Of a stretch of 6,902 nucleotides of DNA, positions 1 through 6,630 are shown one piece after another. The first letter of the stretch is position 1; every line of letters begins with the position of its first letter. Both the position numbers and the translations under genes were made by a program. The stretch is from the IMG/VR virus record IMGVR_UViG_3300024432_000267, positions 1 through 6,902 of that record; one strand, written 5' to 3'. Below the pieces are notes generated by a model. That model saw only the letters and a list, made by a program, of their open reading frames with translations. It had not been told where the DNA came from and made no database searches.

Positions 1-201
1 TTATTCACTTTTATTCTTTATAGTTAAAAATAAATAAATATTAAATGTAAATACTAAAAAAGATATTAAATTTAATATAACAAAATAAATATTATATATA
101 ATTAACCAAAATATAATATTTAAAAAATTATAATAAGATATTATACTAAATATAATTAAATATAATATTATAATAAAAGGATAATTTTTCTTTTTTATCA
201 T
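1..201 (-). CDS. Small hydrophobic membrane protein (66 aa), hypothetical
   Basis: The ATG overlaps the methyltransferase stop (TAATG). Basic N-terminus, 2-3 hydrophobic stretches and a basic tail. The DNA is only ~8% GC (16/201), so the composition is low-complexity. Confidence 0.55.
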   Translation of the reverse strand: MIKKKNYPFIIILYLIIFSIISYYNFLNIIFWLIIYNIYFVILNLISFLVFTFNIYLFLTIKNKSE

Positions 202-737
202 TATTTAACCAAAATTATTTTTATACATTGACATGGAAAGATTCTTAAAAAAGTTCTTTCATAACTATTTTGTTTTTGATAAGATTTATTTATTTTATTA
301 TATAATAATCTTAAAAATGTTTTTAATATAGGAATTTTAGATTGTTCAATTTCAAGTCTAATATATATTTTTGAAAAGAAATTTATATTTCTTTCATACG
401 CAAACTTACCTTTATCTATAAAATAATAAAATGTATTACTTGAAAATTGATTTATATGTGTTGGCTCAGCATAATTACTTCTTGAAGTAAAATGTGGTAT
501 TCTAATTCTTAATATACCATTCTTTTTTAAGATTCTGTATAATTCATTCATTAATGGAAAATAATTAATATGCTCTAAAATATCCTTACATAAAATATAA
601 TCAAAATAATTATCATTAAAAGGTAAAGGTAATTTATTTAAATTATGAATAACATTTACGCCTTTTTTAAATATTATATCTAAATTTATCCAATTCTTTC
701 TAATATCGTTTCCACAACCTAAATTAAGTTTAAGCAT
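201..737 (-). CDS. Class I SAM-dependent methyltransferase (Methyltransf_11-like, the type common in glycan-modification loci)
   Basis: 178 aa. Motif I LNLGCG, then WINLD, LPLPFNDNYFDYI, ILEHI, ELYRILKKNG and IPH...EPTH. No DPPY/NPPY or PCQ-type catalytic motif in the position expected of a DNA methyltransferase. Confidence 0.9.
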   Translation of the reverse strand: MLKLNLGCGNDIRKNWINLDIIFKKGVNVIHNLNKLPLPFNDNYFDYILCKDILEHINYFPLMNELYRILKKNGILRIRIPHFTSRSNYAEPTHINQFSSNTFYYFIDKGKFAYERNINFFSKIYIRLEIEQSKIPILKTFLRLLYNKINKSYQKQNSYERTFLRIFPCQCIKIILVK

Positions 738-904
738 TATTCTTTCAATGTAATTTCTATTTTATCTATATTTTCATTATTAGTGTTTAAAAATAATCCT
801 AATTCCATATAATTCAATTCTTTTAATATATCATTTATAATAACATTAAATTTTATTTCTAATGATATATTTATTGCTTTTCCTAATAATTCATTAATAT
901 CCAT
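737..904 (-). CDS. Small acidic hypothetical protein (55 aa), not in the ORF track
   Basis: MDINELLGKAINISLEIKFNVIINDILKELNYMELGLFLNTNNENIDKIEITLKE*. The ATG is 6 nt after the upstream stop, and the stop overlaps the methyltransferase start (TAATG). Confidence 0.7.
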   Translation of the reverse strand: MDINELLGKAINISLEIKFNVIINDILKELNYMELGLFLNTNNENIDKIEITLKE

Positions 905-910
905 ATATTA

Positions 911-1213
911 TCATCTCATTTTTATTATTATTGTAATATTATTGATTAATACATAAATTCCTATGACAATTGTAAATCCAATTATTATAATGAATCCTAT
1001 TAAACCAATTTTAATATTTCTACTTAAATATATTCCAATAAAAATCATAGGAATTGAACTTAAATAAAGAAATATAGAGAATACATTAAAACCTAATATA
1101 TTAGATTCTATAACATTAGGTATTTTTAATCCTATTATAGTTAATATTATATCAAATATTTTAAAAATAAATAAAATAATCCATAAAGCAATGCTTATTT
1201 TGTATATTTTCAT
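911..1213 (-). CDS. 3-TM membrane protein, DUF5658-like
   Basis: 100 aa with three hydrophobic segments. The motif DIILTIIGL...ESNI resembles the D-x3-T-x2-GL...E-x-N-P signature of DUF5658, but the Pro is absent. The family call is tentative. Confidence 0.65.
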   Translation of the reverse strand: MKIYKISIALWIILFIFKIFDIILTIIGLKIPNVIESNILGFNVFSIFLYLSSIPMIFIGIYLSRNIKIGLIGFIIIIGFTIVIGIYVLINNITIIIKMR

Positions 1214-1222
1214 ATTTTTATT

Positions 1223-1387
1223 TTAAGGATAAATAATTTTTATTATATAAATTAATAATTGTACTTCTCTTTCATTTAGTCTTAAACTTATCCATTTATT
1301 TATAGCTTTAAGATTAATAAATATTCTTAATCCTTTACCTTTATATTTTTCAATTTTTAATCTTTTACTTATTTTAATTGTTATCAA
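1223..1387 (-). CDS. Small basic hypothetical protein (54 aa), not in the ORF track
   Basis: The open frame fills the ATPase-to-next-gene gap: (MITIK)ISKRLKIEKYKGKGLRIFINLKAINKWISLRLNEREVQLLIYIIKIIYP*. Start is TTG at 1387 (AGGA upstream) or ATA at 1372; stop TAA at 1225-1223. Confidence 0.55.
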   Translation of the reverse strand: MITIKISKRLKIEKYKGKGLRIFINLKAINKWISLRLNEREVQLLIYIIKIIYP

Positions 1388-2087
1388 TATTAATCAATCC
1401 TTTTAGATATATATATATAAATTTTTCATAGCCAATTTCAAAACCATTTAGAAGTAAGGATGTTTTAATAGAATCATGTGTTATAACCTTTAACATAGGA
1501 TTTATAATTTTGGAAATTTCTTTAATTTTTTTTAACATTGCTTTAGGATTATCTTTTAAAATATTGAATTCTAATCTACTTCTTTTTTGCGGTTCTATGA
1601 TTTCATAAGTATCATAAAGTTTAAAATACTTTTCGGCTTTTTTATAAGGAATCATAAAACTCTTTTCTGTATTAGTATCAATATCTCTATAAAGATAATA
1701 AAAATCATCTTTTTTAAAATTAATTCTTGTTTGACATTCTATTATTATATTAGCCAAATGTCGTGCTCTTTTATCCATACTTGAAAACATTTGAGCTGTT
1801 AAATAAATGTCTAAGTGTCTTTTTCTTTTTTGATAAATAAGATAACTTGTTAATAGATTTAAAGCATTGCCAGAAGTTCTTGATTCTAACCAAGTGTATG
1901 CTTCATCTAAAAAAATATTTCCTTCTTTAAGTTTATCCATATTTAATAAATCATTTATAGTGAAAGGAATATAATTATCAAGTTCAAGTTTATAATTACT
2001 ATATATATTTTTACTAAATTTAGTACCATAAAAAAGTAATAAAAAACTTTTACCACTTCCATTATTACCTAATAAAAAGATTAACAT
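1374..2087 (-). CDS. Zot/pI-like P-loop ATPase, putative virion morphogenesis/extrusion ATPase
   Basis: 237 aa. Walker A GNNGSGKS directly after the first beta strand, then IYSNY, Walker B IFLDEA, QKRKRHLDIYLTAQ (RK...hhhTxQ), MDKRAR (DxxxR) and LYDT. These motifs and their order are typical of the Zot/pI family. No TM segment. Confidence 0.88.
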   Translation of the reverse strand: MLIFLLGNNGSGKSFLLLFYGTKFSKNIYSNYKLELDNYIPFTINDLLNMDKLKEGNIFLDEAYTWLESRTSGNALNLLTSYLIYQKRKRHLDIYLTAQMFSSMDKRARHLANIIIECQTRINFKKDDFYYLYRDIDTNTEKSFMIPYKKAEKYFKLYDTYEIIEPQKRSRLEFNILKDNPKAMLKKIKEISKIINPMLKVITHDSIKTSLLLNGFEIGYEKFIYIYLKGLINIDNN

Positions 2088-2428
2088 TATACTATTTTTG
2101 TAGTCATTTTTTCCGCGTTAGATAATCTTTCTTTTTCAAGAATAGATGATATAGCTTTAATTATCTCTATTCTACTTAACCTTTTATAACTTACCATTAA
2201 ACGCTTAAAATGTTTCATAAATGATTTTATTAAATCTGATGATTTAGTTAAACCAATGATTTTTAAATATTCTTGTATTACAACTAAACCAGCTAATTGT
2301 TTTGGTTTAAAAATATGTGTTTTTAAATCTAAATTTTTGTCGCCTTCTATTAGATTGTTTAATATTTTTTGTAAGGAAATATCTTTTGTTGGAATTACTT
2401 CATTCATATATTCTCTTAATTCTGCCAT
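2087..2428 (-). CDS. Small soluble helical protein coupled to the ATPase gene (113 aa), hypothetical
   Basis: Start reassigned to MAELREY at ATG 2428, which is 1 nt after the upstream stop and preceded by GGGTGG. The stop overlaps the ATPase start (TAATG). C-terminal motif VSYKRLSRIEIIKAI. Confidence 0.8.
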   Translation of the reverse strand: MAELREYMNEVIPTKDISLQKILNNLIEGDKNLDLKTHIFKPKQLAGLVVIQEYLKIIGLTKSSDLIKSFMKHFKRLMVSYKRLSRIEIIKAISSILEKERLSNAEKMTTKIV

Positions 2429-2429
2429 T

Positions 2430-2837
2430 TTAAGCAAAACCACCCGCAATCCAGCCAATTGCTCCGCCTAAAGCTAATCCAAATATTACATACATTAAAT
2501 TAGTTCTAAAAGCGGAATCAGTTAAATTAGTTGTTAATTGTTTTATTATATGTTTTCCTATAATCATATCAATATCATCTGGGGTTATCTTAGAACTTCC
2601 TTTCTTTTTAATAAAAGATAATTGACAATCATCTGATTTATCAATATCAATAAAAAAGAATAATTTTAAAACTTTTGAATATGTCGGATTAGTTATATTA
2701 ATAATATATGTTTTATCTCTAAAACTAATTTCTGTAGTTGTTGGTTGTATTCTTTTGCTTTTTATAACTGTATATATTTCTTTTTCCTTTATTAAGAATC
2801 TAACAATATATTTTTTCTTTAATATTTTATTTAACAT
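2430..2837 (-). CDS. Tail-anchored membrane protein with a basic soluble domain, hypothetical assembly factor
   Basis: 135 aa. Lys-rich soluble N-terminal region and a single Gly-rich C-terminal TM helix (LMYVIFGLALGGAIGWIAGGFA) with GxxxG spacing. Confidence 0.8.
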   Translation of the reverse strand: MLNKILKKKYIVRFLIKEKEIYTVIKSKRIQPTTTEISFRDKTYIINITNPTYSKVLKLFFFIDIDKSDDCQLSFIKKKGSSKITPDDIDMIIGKHIIKQLTTNLTDSAFRTNLMYVIFGLALGGAIGWIAGGFA

Positions 2838-2848
2838 TTTCTTTACTC

Positions 2849-3085
2849 TTATTTATAGATTTCTAAGCTTTTAATTATAAAAATTGATAATTGAAATAAT
2901 ATAAAAAATAATGAAAAGTATGGAATAAATGGTAAGCTAATTATTGCTATTGACATAAATCCTATTATTAATGAAAATAAAAACAAAATTAGAGTAGGAA
3001 GGAATTTTTCTATTTTCTGATATAAATATAACATTAAAATAATTAATGATAACATTATTAAAATAACAGCAAACATAAAACTCAT
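2849..3085 (-). CDS. Small 3-TM membrane protein, paralog B of a tandem pair
   Basis: 78 aa from the ATG, with 30/69 identities to paralog A by hand alignment. The frame stays open upstream to 3145, so the start could be ATT at 3139 (MPANPFPECTCEAQAIILMSF...). Confidence 0.8.
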   Translation of the reverse strand: MSFMFAVILIMLSLIILMLYLYQKIEKFLPTLILFLFSLIIGFMSIAIISLPFIPYFSLFFILFQLSIFIIKSLEIYK

Positions 3086-3145
3086 TAGGATTATTGCTTG
3101 AGCTTCACAAGTACATTCTGGAAAAGGATTTGCGGGAATTTTTAA

Positions 3146-3409
3146 TCATCTCTTAAATACTTTAATTGTTTTTACTATTAAAAATAATAATTGAGTTAAG
3201 ATAAAGAATGTAGAAGTATAAGGATTAAAAGGAATATAATTTAAAGATAATGTACTTATACCTAATATAAGAGAAATTAAGAAAATAAATAAAACAAATA
3301 TCCAAATCTTTATTATTCTATATACAAATATCATAGTAATTATCAAACTAAGAAATATGACTATTATTATAATAGGTTTTAAAATATCATTCATACTTAA
3401 TAAATCCAT
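3146..3409 (-). CDS. Small 3-TM membrane protein, paralog A of a tandem pair
   Basis: 87 aa. ATG preceded by GGAGTAGGA. Aligns without gaps to the next ORF (LSLIIxM, FLxSLIxG, PFxPYxSxFFILxQL). Confidence 0.8.
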   Translation of the reverse strand: MDLLSMNDILKPIIIIVIFLSLIITMIFVYRIIKIWIFVLFIFLISLILGISTLSLNYIPFNPYTSTFFILTQLLFLIVKTIKVFKR

Positions 3410-3411
3410 TT

Positions 3412-3822
3412 TTATCCTACTCCACTCATTTTTTCTATAACTCCAATTGTATAACCTATTGTTAAAGCTGTATAAATTAATGTGCCAAAAAGTTCAATAC
3501 TAAATAAAAGTGGCATAGCTAAAACACTTAAAAACATCCAAATACCTATATAACATAATGCGACACATACAATCCTTATAGAATCATCAGATAATCCAGA
3601 GCCCAGAATCCTTAATCCTAAAAGTACTACACCAACAGCAACAATACTTATTAACACTATAGCTCCTAATAAAGGATCAAAATTAAAAGATATAGGAGTT
3701 AATTCAGTCAATTCAACTGCCAAGCTCTCTTGACCAATAAATAAACCTATAAACTCATTTCCTAATACTAAAGAAAGAATGCTCAGAATTACTAAAGGTA
3801 ATATACATATACTTATTAGCAA
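3412..3822 (-). CDS. Polytopic membrane protein (about 4 TM), probable virion/assembly protein
   Basis: 136 aa. TTG start 1 nt after the upstream stop, with SD-like AAGTGAG. N-terminal hydrophobic helix, acidic loop, then three helices with a GLRILGSGLSDD turn. Confidence 0.78.
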   Translation of the reverse strand: MLISICILPLVILSILSLVLGNEFIGLFIGQESLAVELTELTPISFNFDPLLGAIVLISIVAVGVVLLGLRILGSGLSDDSIRIVCVALCYIGIWMFLSVLAMPLLFSIELFGTLIYTALTIGYTIGVIEKMSGVG

Positions 3823-3823
3823 A

Positions 3824-4048
3824 TTATCTCACTTGATTATTTTTTAATTCAAAATACATAATAAATGTTAATACTACAATATTTAATATTAATGTCCAAT
3901 AAGGTAAAAAGCCAGCATATACAACAAAAGCATTAAAAAAAGTTAAGAAAACAAAGAATCCTTTTATATTATCAATTGTATAATGGTTTAGAACTAATGC
4001 TAATCCAAACATTATAGCAATTCCAAAAATCCAATTAGTTTCAATCAT
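3824..4048 (-). CDS. Small 3-TM membrane protein, probable minor virion/assembly protein
   Basis: 74 aa with three hydrophobic segments and a GFLPYW turn before TM3. The ATG is 2 nt after the adhesin stop. Confidence 0.75.
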   Translation of the reverse strand: MIETNWIFGIAIMFGLALVLNHYTIDNIKGFFVFLTFFNAFVVYAGFLPYWTLILNIVVLTFIMYFELKNNQVR

Positions 4049-4050
4049 TC

Positions 4051-6447
4051 TTAATCAAAACCACTTTTTTTATATTGTATAAATATTCCGCAACCATAAC
4101 ATAATAACATTATAAAGAATAATTCAAAAGGAATTAATAAAGCAACATAACAAATAATACTCATTAATATAAGTATAGGAATAACAATTTCCTTTTTTCT
4201 ATAAACAGAGTATATTCCTATTGTCGGAGCAATTATTATAATTAATGGAATCATAATAGCAAGTAAACTAATGATTATAAAATCAGTTTTTCCCGCGATT
4301 CCATAAAGTTTATACTGAAATTGTAATCCAGATATATAACCTTTTCCTATACAATTTGTATAATTATTATTTTCATTATCGAAAATTACAAAATAAAAAC
4401 GACTAAATTCTTTACCACGTTGTAATAATGTATTGATTGTTGTTTCATAAGTTTTTAAATAAAAGCGGTCATTTGGTGGTTGAAAATAACTCATATCTAT
4501 ATAAGCACTTCCAATAGTAGAAGATAACTCTCTACATTTAAAATTAATAATCATATAATCTGATGAAATATGCCTTATAAAATCAAAATAAAACATCATA
4601 TATTCTGATGTATCATTTTGAGTTATATCAAAATGATAATTTAATCTATTTGAATTGTCTACATAATAATAACTCTTATTGTTTAAATTATGATAATAAT
4701 ATTGAATTGTTATTACATGACTAAAAACATTATCAATATATTTGTTTAATTTAACACGTTCTATTAAAAGAGATAAAGATTTACTTAAATTAAAATTTGA
4801 TTGAATAATTAAAAATAAATAAGGTTTCTCAATTATACGCTCATCATCATGGAAATTATAGCAAAAACTATTATTATCAAATTCATTAAGTATTTCATTA
4901 GAGTATAATCCTTCTATTTTTCCAAAAGCAATTATTTTTATTGTTTGATTATAAGCATTAACCGAAAATACATTATGATGATTAAGATTCCAATTATCTA
5001 TTAATTCATAACTTAAATAACCATATTCTCTACACATAGAAATATTATATTGATATATTCCTATATAGTTTAATCTTAAATGATAATAATCTGTATTTGA
5101 AGTAGGATCATAACTAAAAAAGTCAATTCGATTTATACCTTTTAAATTACTTATTAAAGGAAAAGAATAAGTAGTAGTATAATCATCAGTTCTATACCAA
5201 GATAAATTAACATTGAAATTATATATATACAAATTAAATTCAAGAACTCTATTAGCATCAAGACCATGAATACTTACTAAATCTTGATAAGAACTTCCAT
5301 CATAATACTGTAAATCTGTATCTTGATTAGTTTGAGTATCAAATCTTAATCTTATTATTTCAGTATTATTTAAACTATAAATTTTAAAAAGAGTATAAGA
5401 ATTTATCTCATTCATATTAGTAATTTGAAATCCTAATGTAATATTAAATTTATCTTGAGTTAATCCTAATGATTGATTATATATACCCGTATCAGAACCA
5501 TCAAGACTACTATGAATAGTTATTCCATTTATGTTTTTTGTTTTGTTAGCTGTAAAATCTGGCGTATCTGGAAATACATCATAATTATATTGACTATAAC
5601 GTATCCAGAAATCTACTTCTGGAAATCCAAGTTGAGCATAAGGATTACCATTATCATTTAAATTAAATTCATATTTATCTTTTGTAAGAATATTAGAATC
5701 TACTTCTTGAATATTTGGATATTTATTATCATCAATAGTATAATTAGTTGACCAAGAATATCCAATAGCATCTAAACATAAACTATAAACTTCTGTAGAA
5801 GCAACAAGATAATCTACTCTATTAATCTCAATATCATTAGTATAAAAATTATAATTTCCTTCATTATAATTATTTATATATACATCAAAAGTATCTGTAA
5901 TACAATCAAAACTTAATTTAAGATGATACCATTGATTATTTACGGGAATTGTATCTAATATAAATGGATTAGCACCGTTATATATTCTAAATATATTAGC
6001 TACACTATTAAATATTACGCATTGAGTTGCTCCATTCATAAGTCTAATACTAATAGATTGAGATACATCGCTTATAGAAAACCATAATTCTACAATTCCC
6101 GATACTTGAGAACCTTCATAAAATATTTGTTCACATTGAGCGTCATTTGAATTTATAACACTTAGATTAAGAATAGTTTGATGTTTATTAAAATAAGATT
6201 GAACTGAAGTATTAGCGGGAGATACGCTTAAATCATTCCAACCAATAGGAAAACCAGAATCATTAATAAAACTATATGTTCCATTATAATCACCCGTAAT
6301 GATATTATTATGTCTTAAATTCATTTTAGATTTATTTACAGAATCAACAAGACTATCTTTTTCGAAGTCATAACGTAAAATATCTGATGATGTAGCATTA
6401 ACCTTAGGAATTAAAATAATTCCTATTAGAAATGAAGTAATAACCAA
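4051..6447 (-). CDS. Large membrane-anchored surface glycoprotein, putative receptor-binding adhesin/spike with LamG/concanavalin A-like beta-sandwich domains
   Basis: 798 aa from the TTG start; the true start is probably an ATT near 6483-6486. Signal peptide ends in V-N-A. The ectodomain is rich in N/Y/S/T and beta-like, with LamG-like motifs (SGIVELWF; NNQWYHLKLSFD...FDVYIN). About 19 N-x-S/T sequons counted by eye. Three C-terminal hydrophobic segments and a KK-containing tail. Confidence 0.75.
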   Translation of the reverse strand: MVITSFLIGIILIPKVNATSSDILRYDFEKDSLVDSVNKSKMNLRHNNIITGDYNGTYSFINDSGFPIGWNDLSVSPANTSVQSYFNKHQTILNLSVINSNDAQCEQIFYEGSQVSGIVELWFSISDVSQSISIRLMNGATQCVIFNSVANIFRIYNGANPFILDTIPVNNQWYHLKLSFDCITDTFDVYINNYNEGNYNFYTNDIEINRVDYLVASTEVYSLCLDAIGYSWSTNYTIDDNKYPNIQEVDSNILTKDKYEFNLNDNGNPYAQLGFPEVDFWIRYSQYNYDVFPDTPDFTANKTKNINGITIHSSLDGSDTGIYNQSLGLTQDKFNITLGFQITNMNEINSYTLFKIYSLNNTEIIRLRFDTQTNQDTDLQYYDGSSYQDLVSIHGLDANRVLEFNLYIYNFNVNLSWYRTDDYTTTYSFPLISNLKGINRIDFFSYDPTSNTDYYHLRLNYIGIYQYNISMCREYGYLSYELIDNWNLNHHNVFSVNAYNQTIKIIAFGKIEGLYSNEILNEFDNNSFCYNFHDDERIIEKPYLFLIIQSNFNLSKSLSLLIERVKLNKYIDNVFSHVITIQYYYHNLNNKSYYYVDNSNRLNYHFDITQNDTSEYMMFYFDFIRHISSDYMIINFKCRELSSTIGSAYIDMSYFQPPNDRFYLKTYETTINTLLQRGKEFSRFYFVIFDNENNNYTNCIGKGYISGLQFQYKLYGIAGKTDFIIISLLAIMIPLIIIIAPTIGIYSVYRKKEIVIPILILMSIICYVALLIPFELFFIMLLCYGCGIFIQYKKSGFD

Positions 6448-6476
6448 TAATAGAATAAATGATACACTTTTATTCT

Positions 6477-6617
6477 TTAAAATAATAATTTACACCAAAT
6501 TGATATAATTATAAATATAGAAGTTGTAATAAGACATGAAATTCCAGATAAAAGATTATTAGACATTTTAAGTAATTTCTTATCTAATTCTAATCTCTCT
6601 TGTTCATTTTCAGTCAT
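6477..6617 (-). CDS. Small membrane protein (46 aa), charged N-terminus and one C-terminal TM helix
   Basis: MTENEQERLELDKKLLKMSNNLLSGISCLITTSIFIIISIWCKLLF. The ATG at 6617 is preceded by SD-like AAGGT. The track's start at 6665 only adds a translation of the T-tract. Confidence 0.6.
   Translation of the reverse strand: MTENEQERLELDKKLLKMSNNLLSGISCLITTSIFIIISIWCKLLF
6493..6496 (-). promoter_or_regulatory. SD-like GGTG upstream of the proposed ATT start of the adhesin gene
   Basis: Minus strand TTTGGTGTAAATTATTATTTTAAAG. GGTG lies 6 nt before ATT(6486) and 9 nt before ATT(6483), both in frame with the 798-aa ORF. Confidence 0.4.
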
Positions 6618-6630
6618 AAATATTAACCTT

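Noticed and set aside
201-737. DNA methyltransferase / restriction-modification gene
   Set aside because: It is too short, lacks amino-MTase motif IV, and the PCQ near the C-terminus is not in a C5-MTase motif context. No nuclease is adjacent.
1587-1784. Plus-strand 65-aa ORF
   Set aside because: Entirely antisense to the well-supported ATPase and has no recognisable motifs; a shadow ORF.
1374-2087. Zonula occludens toxin (virulence factor) call
   Set aside because: Only the ATPase domain is present, with no TM segment or C-terminal toxin region, and the context is viral morphogenesis.
2429-2458. Track start at 2458 (MAGLRVVLLK extension)
   Set aside because: It overlaps the upstream gene's TM-coding end. 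ATG 2428 has an SD-like motif and the TAA-A-ATG spacing seen elsewhere.
2256-2471. Plus-strand 71-aa ORF
   Set aside because: Antisense to two coupled minus-strand genes; a shadow ORF.
5473-5661. Plus-strand 62-aa ORF
   Set aside because: Nested antisense within the adhesin gene with no independent support.
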